Source: Bugula neritina (taxonomy: Eukaryota > Animalia > Bryozoa). From it: a stretch of DNA of 64,000 nt. The stretch is from assembly GCA_964035545.1 (NCBI GenBank), contig OZ037771.1, forward strand, positions 14,011,133 to 14,075,132. The letters are read 5' to 3'. Position numbers and translations under genes: made by a program. Numbering within the stretch: position 1 is the first letter of the stretch; every line of letters begins with the position of its first letter. Positions 12,579 to 26,699 of the stretch are shown one piece after another. The notes below the pieces were generated by a model, which searched no databases, was not told the DNA's origin, and saw nothing but the letters and a program-made list of their open reading frames with translations.

Positions 12579-13983
12579 TATTATAACATAGTAGATATAT
12601 CAAATAGTATATACACATGCACTTGATACGGAAACTATGTTGTATATTATGACTGAACATTGAAGATAATATTCAATAACTCATGCTATATGAAGTTAAT
12701 GTAACACAGGTTCTATAATCACATAGTATATACTGGTGCATTAGTACACATGTGGAGTATACAATGGGGTTAACATCAGCACATGCAGGTAAAATTGGGA
12801 TAGTGCGGTACAAATAGAAAATTAGGTAAATATGCATCAGTTTCAAAATCGGTGTTTGGGGTTGAAGGGTTTGTTTAGGGGCTTGAGGTTTAGGGTGTAG
12901 GGTTTAGGGTTTGAGGCTGAAAGCTTGGAGTTTAAGATTTGGGTTTTGGAGTTTGGGGGTTTGGATTGTGGGTTAAGGTAAGGGTCGGGCTTTGGAGTTG
13001 GGGTGGGGTTTTTGGTTTGAGGTTTGAGTTTGGGCAATTATGACATCAGCTAATTTGCCATTTTACATACATTTGTATTTGTGACAGTTTCCCATGCAGT
13101 CATTTACTGTTTCAGTGTTGCCTGTACTGCCATTCATTGTGTGCTACTTTTAGCTTTTCAAATTTATATAATAAGCATCACACATTAAAGTTTGCTGCAC
13201 AAAAGTCGACTAACACTATGTAGACTAAATCTAACGTAGTTTCTACAAAAGCTGCCTGATAAATATTGTCGAGGCAGACTAACTCTAAATCTTCAAGTGT
13301 TGAGAGAATAAGCAGATGTGTATCAGAGACTACGTCAGTCAGTTTTATCTAAACTCATAGTATAACTATATATATAGTAACTTTCCAGAGGGTATAATAG
13401 CTGTCATATTATACTGCTGACGTACAAGATAGACACCTGGACTTTCACAGCTAATTGTTTAAAATATTATCTTCTTCACTTCATCATCCATTTAATAAAT
13501 TGTAAATATAATATTAAGGTGGCTTTAACTATAATACATAGGACAGTTTATACAGGTACAAGGAGCACAAGTAATAAATTAATAGCACCAATGAAAAAGT
13601 AAGCAAAATGGAACACTAAAGTCTTGCCCAGATCCAAATCTTCAGCCTCCAATCCCATGTATCCAAACCCCTCACTCCTAGCCTACCAGTTTACCAAACT
13701 CCGAATGAGGGCCCAAACCCCAAACCCTTAAACCCCTAAACCCCAAATCTTATGATCTTCAAACCTCCAAACCCAAGCCCCAAACCCCACCTCTAAACCT
13801 TAACCCTCTACTAAAAACCCAAACCACTATACTCCTAACCCCATAACCCCAAATTCTATAGCTTTCAAACCTTCAAACCTAAAACTCTCAAACCCCTCCA
13901 TATAATATACTTCCAACTTCAACCCCAAATCACATTATTAAAAATTTTCTAATTATGCAATTAATTATAACCAGTGCAAATTT
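12579..13983. repeat. Repeat array, segment 2
   Basis: 12579 onward matches 3879 onward. Junction core at ~13275-13440; C-rich arm at 13640-13930. Confidence 0.92.
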
Positions 13984-15044
13984 CAGTGCATCACACGGCT
14001 TTTACGACTGTCAGGGTCGATCCTCATTTTGCCATTTCGCGATATTAGCCGCAATAAACAATATATTTTCGTGCGATAACATCGACTGTCTAGGGCGCTA
14101 CTGTTGACGAATCAGAACAAAGAGAGCACATGAGTGCTGTAAACATGTACGTGTTGTTATGGTTACTAATGATGATCTGCTACGTAATTTTTGTAGTAGA
14201 CAACTCTCACAGAAATCATTAATTTGTCTTTTCCTTATTTAGCTAACAACTTTTGCCTAGAAAAGAGAGAAGGCAAGGTGGCTCAAGCGATGCTGTATTT
14301 TTTTAGAATGTTTTAGCTTAAATTCTGTTTGGTTTATCCTACTAGAATGTTACCTGCTGCAGCATCAACACTATCATTGCAAAACTATATCTACTTATAA
14401 CAAAATCTTGATGCCCATAGCAAAATTATATACTTTATTGTGGCGGATGTGCAAGAGTTTGGAGTCATCTCATCAATTACACATAGCAACAGAAGAACAC
14501 AATATAGAAATAACAGAAAGCCAAAGACGGTATACCTTTATTTTTAACCAAGAAAGAATTTTGTTAAACATTATATTGTTAAGTTCACCATAAAAAAACT
14601 GATTTTACAAGTGGTTACATCTTTTCCGAAAATAAAGGTGCCATGAAGCAGCCGAAAATGAAGTCGTCCGCTCACCAGACACCTAAAAAATAATTATGCA
14701 ACATGATATTTTCAAAATTAAACACAGATATGCAACAGTCATCACCTACATAATTTTTTATAAATTTAACAAGCTTGTTTAGTGAAAGTGTATAATACAA
14801 ACACTAATGTTGATAGCGAAAATGCCATGTTCATGCAAGATAGTAAATCAATATAAATAAGAAGTCATATCATATCTATGTTATATATGTATTCAATTCT
14901 GGTTTATGCTTTATGCCTTCAACTATGAGTGCACAACCACTAATCCTATTTCTACCAACACCATCTCTACCGCTAACAGTACTAACGTCAGAACCAAAAA
15001 CAACTTCACCACTACTACTAATAATTCTATTATTTTATTATTAT

Positions 15045-15235
15045 TACTTCTACTACTATACTACTGCTACTGCTACTACTACTACTACTAGTGCTACTGC
15101 TACTGCTACTACTACTTCTACTACTGCTGCTGCTGCTACTACTTCTACTACTGCTACTACTGCTGCTACTACTACTACTGCTACTACTACTACTGCTACT
15201 ACTACTTTTACCACTACTAATATTGTTTCTACTAC
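15045..15235. repeat. (CTA/CTG)n microsatellite
   Basis: Directly visible; it produces the Thr/Ala- and Val-rich ORFs in the track. Confidence 0.95.
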
Positions 15236-17019
15236 AAATACTGTAAATCTTACCAGCAGCAAGTTATATTGGAAACTGTTTGCTCATATTTTTATCATTG
15301 TATTAGTGCAATAACAAAATGTTTATATTTTAATATAGTCAAACCTTTTAAAAAGCTACGCTGCTACTTATGAACTAAGAAGTTGTGCTACCCACCTTGA
15401 TATGCACTCGGCTCTAACACCAAGCAGGTGGTTATGATGCTTCTCCACAATAGCCAGGCTATCCAGCTGTCCGATTGTATGCATCTACGTAAAAATTATT
15501 GGCATATGGTGCAAGAAATGATTAAAAACCAGATAGGTGTGCTAGAATTTATACAGCATAATATAGAGTAAGGTAAAAGAGAACAGACCGTCAAGTGGTA
15601 CAGCATAGAAACAATTACTAGCTATTATATGCTTTATAGAAGTTGGCAAATTGTAGCCCACTAGATATGAACTTTAGTTAGCATTTTATTTTGGCTTTCA
15701 GCAACTGCTTTAATCACTGATCTTGGTAAAACCAATATGTTTACAAATTAACACCTCCACTAGATAGGTATACAGGTCAAAATATTCCAATTGGTGACAT
15801 ACTAAAAGAAAATGTATATTTATTCATTTTTAAAAGATTGCTAATAATTTATAGAACAGCGTCGAAATCACTAAAGTAACAGCGCAAATAAGTTTATTAA
15901 ACAGCATTATAGGATTGCCTATTACTAGTTTCATGATTTCTATTATTTTACTGGTTTCAAACATAATATAGGCTGAAAAAGCAATATTAGTTCTCTCACT
16001 TTTGCTAACTACATTGCTTGGAAGGCCATCATAATTAGATTAGATCAAACAAATGTGTTGACAGGTAGACTGGAACAGGCCTAAAATTTGCAAGGTATAA
16101 TTTAAATTTATCTGGCCTGAAATTGCTGAAACTGACAATACAATAATATGAGAAACGAGCAGGGTTTTTTATTAAAGCTAGCAAAAATAATTCCTCTACA
16201 TATAATTAACATACAGTCCATACATATAATATATTACTATGTCCAGGCAGCAGTGCTTGTTCTAGCCAAAAGAAAACTGATTTAATGGCTGATTTTAATG
16301 GCCAACAAGAAATTTATGGCGCACAGTGGCATTGTCATATTTTTAATATTCAAAATTACAGTTCTAATCTATCAATCATTTTATCAATACTACTATACTA
16401 TAATCTACTCCTGCTGCTGCTGCTGCTGGTTCTACCACTGCTACCATACTGTTGAGTAATGCAAGCTAAGTAATTTAAATTACAATTAAAAAAATTATCG
16501 GACTTTCTTTTCTATTACCTGTCTAGTTTAGCATTTCTTTCATCATAGCTTGCCATATTAACTTGAAAATTCACAGGGTTTGAGTTAGACCTATGGAATA
16601 TACTTACAAGTAGAATGAACCCACAGTTCTGCAATATATCATAAAAACATTCAAAATAAAACTATAGGAAAACCAAGTAAATGCTTCTAAGTATTAGCGC
16701 AAGTAAAGATGCTATGCAATCTATCCAACATGCAGCCAAATGTCTCAAAATAGGCTTCAGAGTTATAAATATAAAATGTTTCCAAATCAAGGCTAGCAAC
16801 ACTTCTGTTGTTGTGATAGCAAATTTTGCTTAATAAAGTAAGGAAACCAGCTTCCCTTGCATGACTCAATTTCTATTAAAGAAAAATTATACTCTCCTAT
16901 AATCGCTGAAACACAGGCCTGTCACAAGTACATGAATGGTAAATTTAGATGTTTTCCTAAAACCATCATCAAAACAGTAAACACACTGCAAAATATTTAT
17001 TTTTACTTTTTCTGCTCAA

Positions 17020-17600
17020 ACATTTAAATGGGCTCTGCAGGATATGACAAATACCAAAATAATTCGGCTTTGTGAACTAGCAAATATGGACAAACAAACA
17101 CCCTAATATTCACGCCAAAAGAAAAGTCTACGCAGTTGGTGTTCTCAGCATTCTTCCTTGTGAATCAAAAACATGGGCAACATGTGGACTGCAAGAATCA
17201 AAGCTCAGCACTTTTCATACCTGGAGTTTAAGATGCATGTTGAGTAAAATCTGGGAAGATAAAATGATAAATGAAGATGTATTTGAAATCACAGACCCGG
17301 ATTCTCTTTCTTCAAAACTGAATTTCTTCTGTCTTCACTGGGCTGGTCAACATGCCAAAGTATCTCATCCGCCGCACTCGATTGCATGCATTAATATCAA
17401 AAGGAACTCATCCAGCTAGAAGAACTTATATCTAAGGTTTGAGGATGTCCTGAAACAAGAGCTTAAGGAATTTTACATAAAATCCAATCAATTTACCACC
17501 TCTCAAATGGAGGCAAAGCATTCTTGCAGGATGGGCATTCAACACTGGAAACAATATAAAGGGAGCTATGGCTAGATGTTCAAGACATGAATGCTAAGGG
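17020..17600 (+). mobile_element. RTE-clade LINE, degenerate 3' fragment
   Basis: Translates AKRKVYAVGVLSILPCESKTW...FHTWSLRCMLSKIWEDKMINEDV...LHWAG...LRFEDVLKQELK, matching the RTE post-RT consensus (TKxKVY..LLYGSETW..LRRIL.I.W.D...N..V..LRWxGH). Confidence 0.85.
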
Positions 17601-17649
17601 TGTCATGTATATGATCACTGAGATATTTATGACAATCTCTCAATATACC

Positions 17650-20150
17650 TTAGCATATTAAATATGCTTGTAGTTATAGCTATTACTATAGTTGTTATAT
17701 ATGCTACTAACTAACAAGCAATAACCGTATTACAAACATAGGTGAATAAGAAAAATAATTCAACAGTGGTGATATCAGTATAGGTATTATAATTTAGCAA
17801 TTGGCATACAAATTAAAAATGATGAATATAATGATGGTTAAAGTTATTAGATACCTAAACTTATACCTATATTAATTAAAACAGTGACTTGTTGAAAAAT
17901 AAATAAATTAATATTCATTAAAACTTTATTAAATTAAAAGATAATGTTGAAGTAAAATGAACAGTTAAAATTAATTTATTCACAATAATTTTAACTTTTT
18001 ATGATCAACCTTAAAATAAAAACTCAAGTATTTGTAGCAAAGTTTTGAATAAAGTTGGATTTTGCAACGGTTTGAGATACTTTCACTAGCACTATGTGCA
18101 TAACTGTATAAGTTTTATCATATTAATACAGTTACATACTCATACTCAAATATATAGTAACATTTTCAATAAATCAGGTATTGGTATTGAGATTGCGTTG
18201 GTCGAGATAACATCATGGTTACTCACTTATGGTTGTATACTTTAGCTTATACTTTTAGTTACATGTACTACTGCCCTATTATTAAACTTAATCTTAGTCT
18301 GTCATCACTTAGAAAACATAGTTCAGTCTTGAGGCAAATCAGTTTGAGTGTCGTTAGTTTCATTACCACTAATCATTAGATTTAGTCAGTGTACTTAAAA
18401 TTTATTGATCAATATTACCATCAAATTTAAGTGACTATTATTATGAATACTATATCTATCAAATATCAAAAACTGCAAGCTTAATAAGTATGATTAAGAA
18501 AATCACAGCCAACATGGCGATGATTGAATTGTATGCTCGTGCTATTGAGATTCCTAACATAAAGGTTAACCTTACATAATGATTAGATAACAATCATATT
18601 CAATTTTTCATTACTGTCATTTGTTAGGAAAAGCATCCAGTCATAATTACTCCTATGCTCCAACCAAATAATTGCTTAGCCCCATTTAACAAAAAACCTT
18701 TCCCATCAGGGGTTTCTCACAGGGATGCCAACTATAAACTTGCACAAGTTTTATTTAATAGTAAATTAATTTACTTATATAAAAATTATTACATTCACAG
18801 TGATACATTGATGGTCATAATGTTTTATATATCAATATCATCATTATGATACAATTATCACTATTACTATATGATATCTTATCAATAAAATTTCATAAAG
18901 TTCATGAAAAACATTAAATATAACAATTTAATTAAAACTAAATCACTGCCAAAGGGCAAGGTAAAGTCAAAATTAAATAAGCTATAGGGTGTAGGCTATA
19001 AGTGTAAGTATAATTATCACTATAAAACTAAGTGACTGATGAGTTGGTACTTGGTAGAATAAACATAAAATGAACATAAACAATCATAAACTAAAACACC
19101 ATTACATATATGATTTATGACCCTTTGGTTTCTATTTTTAATTTTAGCTTTACCTTGTCTTTTGGCATTGGTTATAGTATTAGTTTAGGTTACACCACTA
19201 TCAGTTACTATGACTATGAGTATGAGTGAGTAGCCTTGCCCGTAGAACTAGGAGTAAGAGTAGATCACTAGAAGTAGAAGTATGGGTATCGGGGTGTGAC
19301 TATAAGTATAACTCATAGTCATAGTATGATTATCTTACTGAAAGTGATACTCATAAACCTCAAGTGATAATCATAATGATACTCAGCATGACATGTAAGG
19401 TGTATGATAGTCAGTCTCGGTTATACAGAGTAGAATATCAAACTTTAAGTTTAACTGCTACTTTGAAGTAGGACTTAGACATCACCATTTATGGGTATGT
19501 CATGCCGTCATAGACTATAGACATAGTATAAGGTTCTAATACTATAAGTATAACTATTACTACTATAAGTATAAGTCTTTAAGTTTAAGTATAACTATAT
19601 TTACTATTGATTAATTTCGATTTGATACTATTACTATTACTATTAGTAATACTGTATTAGTATTAGTATTACACTTTACAGTATTACTATTAGTATTAGT
19701 TGATCCCATACTGATAGTGATACTCATACCACTACCATTATGATTATGATTAAGAGTACTACAGTGAGTTATACTCACAGCTATACTGATTACTAATTTA
19801 AGATCACTCTAATCAGTAACTGTTATCACTAAGTATTAGTGGATTATTTATCATTTTATGATTTTATCATAGTCATAGTGAAACTGATTGAGTAATACTT
19901 ATAGTTATAGCTATATTCATATTGGTAGTGATACTGATAGTGATGCTGATAGACTTAGACTTAGAGTGTGAGTCAGAGTGAGAGCGATATTCATGTTTAT
20001 AAATATGATTATAACTAAGACTAAGAGTAAGAGCAAATGTAAAGTCTAATCGTGACATTATAACTATTACCATTAGTGCATTCGTATTACTATTAGTATT
20101 AGTATTACTAATTATTAATCTATTTTCCAATAATAACCATGCATATGCCC
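17650..20150. repeat. AT-rich low-complexity tract with 3/6-nt periodicity (AGTATG, ACTATA, TAGTAT)
   Basis: Visible degenerate hexamer periodicity, strongest at 19200-20130. Confidence 0.7.
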
Positions 20151-22008
20151 TAGCCTATAACTATAAGTTTGAGCACGCCTATGGTATTCAAAATTGAAAT
20201 TGAATCTTTGGGTCATTTGACCAAAGGAGCCGCGGACTCAATTAGGCATTGGACCTTGGGGGCGATTCTAGTGTTCAAGTAGAACCGATATTCGGTCAAA
20301 ACAGGTCTGGTCTATCATGGTGGCCAGTAATTTATCTGCGCAAATTTACTCGACTCTTGTGTTCATAATAAACTCGGCCTGACTACTCCGCAAATGGGGC
20401 GATAATCATAAATTTCATAATAATATATTATTAGAGACTAATTTAGTATGTATACACATGTCGGTAATTACAATCTAGTTCCATTCTTCAGGAAAACCCA
20501 TTACGGATCAGGTTGGTACTATTGCTATTAGGTTGAGAATATTATTAGTAAAACAATCACAATGTGCTCATTTTTGATATAAATTATTATTACTACTAGT
20601 ACAGTAGTAGTACTAGTAGTAGTAGTACTCTAGTTACTAGTACTAGTAGTAGTAGTACTAGTAGGCCCACTAGTAGTTATGGTGTCTAATACCTTGATTG
20701 AGAACTGTGAAAATCATTAGATTTAGTGATAACAGACTACCACTGTAAGTCTGTAAGTGCTTTAGTACTAGATGTACCACAAGTATCAATGCTTTAGGTT
20801 TTTATGGTGTTAAATACTCATTTTTTACAGTGATTGTTATTTTATTGGTACGTGTTCTGTTACTTGTGAGTATTGTTACAATTCCAAATGAATAAGCCAT
20901 TTTAAGTAAATACTCTTATACGGTGTGAATATTGATATGAATTATATGTTTCACATTTACCGCTATAGTTTTATCAGTATGATATACATTTTTTTAATAA
21001 TAATGATCATAAAACATCATCATTAAAAGTGTAAAGTTTTACTCCACTTTTTGGGACCAGTTGCTGCTTCTGGTAGCATAGGTAGAGTCTTTGCTCATTT
21101 ATCCTAACACACTAAGGTTTGAGTTTTATCTTTATTGCAACATCCAAAAACCTTTGCCGACCTTGTTCTTACAATCAACTATGAAACCTTGTGAGTCTAT
21201 GCCTAGTAGATGCATTACTGATAAATAACTAATAATATCTGCTTGTTATATGGGGAAGAATTTTTTGCATAGTAATTTTTCTCGTGTTTGTATTTTGATT
21301 TTTCTAATGTCAATATACTTAAGAAATATCCTGGAAAGCATTTTTTGCCAGTTCATTTCTTCTCTTTATTTCTTGTTCATTTTAACCATGCAATATCAGT
21401 TATTAACTCTCCAAGGTATACTGTTTTAATTATTCGTTGCTCTGGTGTAGCATCTAGGATGGTGTTGATATTAAGTGTGGTGCAGACTTTTTGAAAATCA
21501 TGGCTTTTGTTTTAAAACCTTTCTTATCCATATCACAAAGTTTTCTTGCTTGTTTACCGCAATGAGTCTTAATCTAAATAAAAAAGCAATATTTGATCAA
21601 TTAAATTTTCAATCTGAAATTGGTTTTCAAACTGCTTTTGCCATTTAGTGTTCTTTTGCTGATGCTATATTAATGTGATTTTAAAAGGGAGTTTGCTGCG
21701 TTATTAGATGTACTTATAATATGGGTATTTAAGTTCAATGGGAATATAAATATCCTTTTCATTATTGAAATGTTCACAATGACAACTCTGTTCATATGAG
21801 CTGCTGACTACAACTTAAAAGTTATCTGTTTGGAATGATTTTTATAGACTCTTGATAATGATTGCGTATGATTTACAATACAATACTATTTACCAACTAT
21901 TGTTCGATGGTCACATGTCTTGTTTTATTTTTTCATCTTTTTTGTTTTCAATATGAGCAAACAAATAAGAATTGTATGGGTACGTTAAATTATTATTTAA
22001 TTTTTCAG

Positions 22009-22874
22009 AATATTTCAGTTGGTGACCACTGTGGAGGAATTGAATGGAAAGCTGCAAAGACGGTTTCAGGCACTTATATGTAAGGCATTGGATATGGAGA
22101 GAGGGAGATCTGTGCTTATCCTTATATAATGCAAGTAAGTTAATTAATGTATTGCTGGCTTTTATTTATATGCATATAAAGTTTGTTTAGTGACTATTTG
22201 TGCTTGAAATTATTTGCAAAATTTAATTTGTCCTCTGCTTATAAAAATCTATTCAGAACTTTTTGCCTGTAGAATCTTCAACGTTTTAATTATATTTTTT
22301 TGGAGTTTTAGAAACAATTTCTTGGTACACAATCTGTTGCTACCAATGTAAGGTGACGGTACTTCTCTTGACTTCTAAAATGCAAGCAAAGCTTGTTTCC
22401 TCTCACGATTACTTTTTGAGTGTGATGTTCGCTAAGGCACACATTTGAACATGTCAGTTACTACACTTTAATAGATGTTTTAGTATTAGATATATTTTAG
22501 TTTTAGGTAACATGAAATATTGAAAATAATGTATGCGAATCTGGTGAATGTTTAGACTTCAACTACCCCTATGCAAATGCAGGTTTAAACCATATAATCA
22601 AACTAAAAATCAATTATTTTTCTTTATATTTGATTTCTAGTTTTTTAGGTGAGAACTTGTTTTGTTTTGTTAAAAATTGTGGTTGGAAAATATCCTTATT
22701 CACCAGGCCACAGCTGCAACATTTACACTGCATGTCATCGTGATTTATGATTGAAGGCTAAGTGCAGTGGTAGAGTGTGGCAAGGCATAGGTCTAAGTAC
22801 TGAAGAGACCACGGAGCAGAAAAATATTTATATCTCAAGATGTGGCTTGATTACACAGCATATGAATTATGATG
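22009..22874 (+). pseudogene. KDZ (Kyakuja-Dileera-Zisupton) transposase catalytic-core exons, degenerate
   Basis: 22009-22134 HCGGIEWKAAK..S / ICKALDMERG(fs)EICAYPYIMQ; 22312-22457 FLSVMFAKAHI*TCQ; ~22758-22874 SGRVWQGIGLSTEETTEQKN..ISRCGLITQHM. These match the Zisupton motifs CG.s.WkAA, ALnM.RGEi.AYP, FLSVMHAKAH.W.C and GR...GaG...GE..EQ.NS.lSR....TK.M. Weaker exon candidates at ~21770, 23602, 24470 and 25838. Confidence 0.88.
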
Positions 22875-25048
22875 GTAACAAAATATATGCCTTTCAACTT
22901 TAAAGTTTTTTTAAGCTTGCATTAATCTTATTCAAGATAGTATCTGTCCAAGCATTTAACAGCACATTGTAGGCCTATAAGGTTTTGCAAATGTTATTTA
23001 ACTTTGTTTACTACTTGTTTTTTGCTATTTTCAACAACTCGAACATGCCGCCAGTTTTTGTAATTTTCAAACAAGAAATTTCACAAACTCCATCAAATTG
23101 ATTCAAATAGATGTTATATGCACTATGCAGTTACAAAAGAATATTTTATTAACTAATTATGAGTCATAGTGTGTTGTAAAAATCTAAAACTTAACTATGT
23201 ATTATTATGTCTCGTAAGACTATTTTTCAAAAAATTCCAAAGGGTTTTATTTATATATAACTCAAAGCCTGAAAGTTTTTTTTTGTCCAAAGTTCTTATT
23301 GTGACAATTAAAAGTCGCATCATAGTTTTTATTCTGTTGAATTACTTCATCACCCTTCGAAATTATTTCTTTCACTATGATTATTATAGTTGCTACCTAT
23401 GATTACCTAATTCAACATATATTCTTATTGTTATCAATTTTTTTTCATAACTGTCTTAATTCCATTTTCAAAAACGTATTTAAAAATGATATTAGCAAGT
23501 TGAATAGTTAGTTAAATGTGGCTTCAGATGCCATACTGCATACATTGTCACTTTTTACATAGGCAATCATTGTATTTCCTAAATTAATTATTTCTTTTTA
23601 GTTTAAAATGAACTACTCGATGGCTGTTGTGGTGAAGCTGAAAAATGCTGACATAGAAGATGTAATGGAAAGACTTTGTTTTGCTTGTCCAGGTAAATCA
23701 TTTGTACAAAATTAAAAGTCTATTATGATAACAGATGATCTAAAAATAAATTGCATATCTTAAGGCTTAGTGGTAATATAATATACTTTGAGCACAAATT
23801 TAAATGATTAAAAAGCCCTGCATTGCTTACCTAGTATATTATCTCTTTACACATATTAGAAAAAGAAGTCATCATAATTTTTTTACTACAGAACATAGTC
23901 AAATTATTACATTTACTTTTACATGAATAATCAGTTTCTCAGTTTTTTTCTTTATCTTCATGAACAAGCATTAACTTTGAAGACCTAAAAATAATGCACA
24001 CAATTTTGAGGTATTTTTCTTCTTAAGTGTTTAAAATGTTTGACAGTTGGAAGAATATTTGGACATGATGTCAGTATGTTTCCTAGTTTTTCATATGGTT
24101 GAACTTGATTTTTGTCATTCTCCTATACTCCTCAAGTGTGGAGTCCTGAATGTACACTTTTACTACGCTATTGTTCAGGGTTGTTTTAATTTTACTCTGT
24201 TACTTTACTATATTTTAATCAACAAACCCCTAATTTATATTGATGGTATTTATGGTTATATTTTAGTCAAGCTGACCTAACACTTGTTCAGTTCAGGCTC
24301 ATCAATGTATGTTTGGTTTAGAAAATTAAACTGCAATGTGAAGTATTCAGACTAGTTACTTAACTAAAAAATGCACTAAATGCAAGGAAATATTATGTTA
24401 ATATTTGTTACCATAGTTCATTTCAAACTCATACATGTGATCAACAAAATACTTCATTTTGTTTTGCAGTGTAATCAAGATGAAATTATGAATGATGAAA
24501 TTATGGATGGCAGCCAATTTATTTTGACTATCAGACAAGGACTACAGTTTTTATGGTAATTTCAATTTTTGAATATATCTCTTATATTATACATAAAATG
24601 TTCACCTTCTGCTTTAATTTGCAGCCAGGTTTTACTCATGGCTGCTGTATTCAAGTCACCTCATCACACAGCCAATCTACAAGACTGTCATAAAAGTTGC
24701 TATTATATTTTTTCACCAATTAATTAAAAGAAATAGAACTTCGGCTTCACAAGTGGTGTCACTCTCATACTCATTGTTTTACTTAATTTTGCCATCCTCC
24801 TATTCTTCACTATATTCTTTTAGGTCGCAGTGTTCTGCACTAATCTATGATCTCTTTTGATTTTTAACCCCCATGTTTAAATGTTTTGGTCTTGCTCCCT
24901 TTTTCTGGAGTTTCACACTGATGTAGCTGATTCCCTTCTTGTTTTATTGTTCTCTGCTGCATAGGTGCCCATATTATTCCAGCCTTCTCTTTCCCACAAA
25001 TATAGTTACTGCATTTACTGCCGCCCTGTCTCAGATCCCTTCATTTCT

Positions 25049-25552
25049 GGGAACGAAGCAATATTCCGAAGGCCCATTGCTCCGAAGGTCCATTAGTCCG
25101 AAAATTAGTACACACAGGCATCCTCACTGAGAATATCATTAATATCACTCACAATTCAGTTTAAGTTCTTGCTATATTATTGATCTGTGGGTGGCATGCG
25201 TGTTGCCTATTTGTGATTGTTTAGCCTGAGATTACACTATGATCAATAAGGGCTGTATCGTTTATCAACATTCCATTATGGCTGCTCCATAAACAAAGTA
25301 CACACCAAGCTATTCATTAGCCTGTCACCTCGCAAGCCTGTAATTAATAATGTACCGTACGCATAATCATGTTGATAGATGATGTAGCAAGTAGGCAACA
25401 CACATGCCACCCACAGAGCAATAACATAGCTAGAACTTAAACTGAATTGTGAGTGAAATTAATGATATTCTCATTGAGGATGCCTGTGTGTACTAATTTT
25501 CGGACTAATGGACCTTCGGAGCAGTGGGCATTCAGAATATTGACTAGTTACC
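25049..25552. mobile_element. Foldback/MULE-like MITE
   Basis: Inverted arms of ~175 bp with repeated TCCGAAGG.CCATT subterminal motifs. Degenerate 9-bp TSD TTCATTTCT/CTCATTGCT. The paralogous site in copy 2 (~52365-52380, minus strand) is empty and reads CTCATTCCT once. Confidence 0.85.
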
Positions 25553-26538
25553 CTCATTGCTTATGTAGCACAACTCATCTCCATGAAACCTAATTGATCC
25601 TCTAGGTACTAAGAACTAGGGGCTGTCTGCAGTCATAATTTATTGCCAAAAGACATTGTCAGTCAAATGCACATTTTATATCAGCATTTTCAATTTTGTT
25701 GGCGTCTTCTTGATGGAGCCTTACCCTATTTCTTTTTCTACCCCTGTTTTGCATACTCTGTTGCTATGTGTCACTTCAATGAAACCATCGCCTCAACTTA
25801 TTTAGTTTGACTGTTGAAATATATTTTGCTTTTACAGGTCTAAAAGAAAGTGGCCATTTGAGTTTAAGTGCAGCTTCACTATTGACAAGAACATCTACGT
25901 TAGAGAAGAAAAGCATCTAGCTATATAATCAAGATGATTTGCATCCTGATTGTTACGATACCGCATGGTTCTGTTGTCATACTATTGTTCTTTCATACCT
26001 TTGTACTTTTTATTGTAAAGAGCTAGGCTTGAGCTCTGTAATAGGCAAGCCTACAATATATATTGACTGACAACAAATATGTCATCTCTCTCCCACATAA
26101 TCGCAAGGAGTTACATTCTAGTATTGGTTCTAAAAACTCACACCTTAGTAATTAGATGCATAGCACAAAGTCTTAGCAATAGGGAGTATTGGTAAATTTT
26201 CCACATGAGTGGTGAGAAAATAACACTAACTTGAGACCTTTCTAAAACTCAACATTGCATTGCAAATAAGCTATACTTATTGTGCTTTATTCAGTGCTAG
26301 CTGGTATTTTTCAGACTGTTGGCCACAGCAAAGTATTTTGCCTTTTTTTGTACACATAGCCTAATGGTTGATTTAAGAAAATTGGAAGCTGCAGCCTACA
26401 TGCACTGCAATTCATCATTCTCATTCCGAAATGGATTTCTCATCACCTCATGGAACTAATTACATAACGAAGGAAACCACAACTGATGAGTTACTGCAAC
26501 TACAAATTCACAAAATGCTCAGTCATAGAAGCGAAGTA

Positions 26539-26699
26539 CACTGCGTTTCCATTATCGCATTATGCGAATGGATTTTTTCATTCGGCTAATGGGAACAGTT
26601 ACATCCGATGAAACGCAACTATAAGTTAATGCAAACCACAAACCGCAAATAATCCGTACAGAATTCATTCGCATTATGCGAAGTCATGGAAACGCAGTG
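26539..26699. mobile_element. Small MITE, PIF/Harbinger-like termini
   Basis: Perfect 14-bp TIR CACTGCGTTTCCAT...ATGGAAACGCAGTG with internal TCGCATTATGCGAA palindromes. Absent at the paralogous site (~51275-51300). Confidence 0.8.

Noticed and set aside
14913-15314. Thr-rich mucin-like ORF
   Set aside because: Translation of a (CTA/CTG)n microsatellite; no supporting gene structure.
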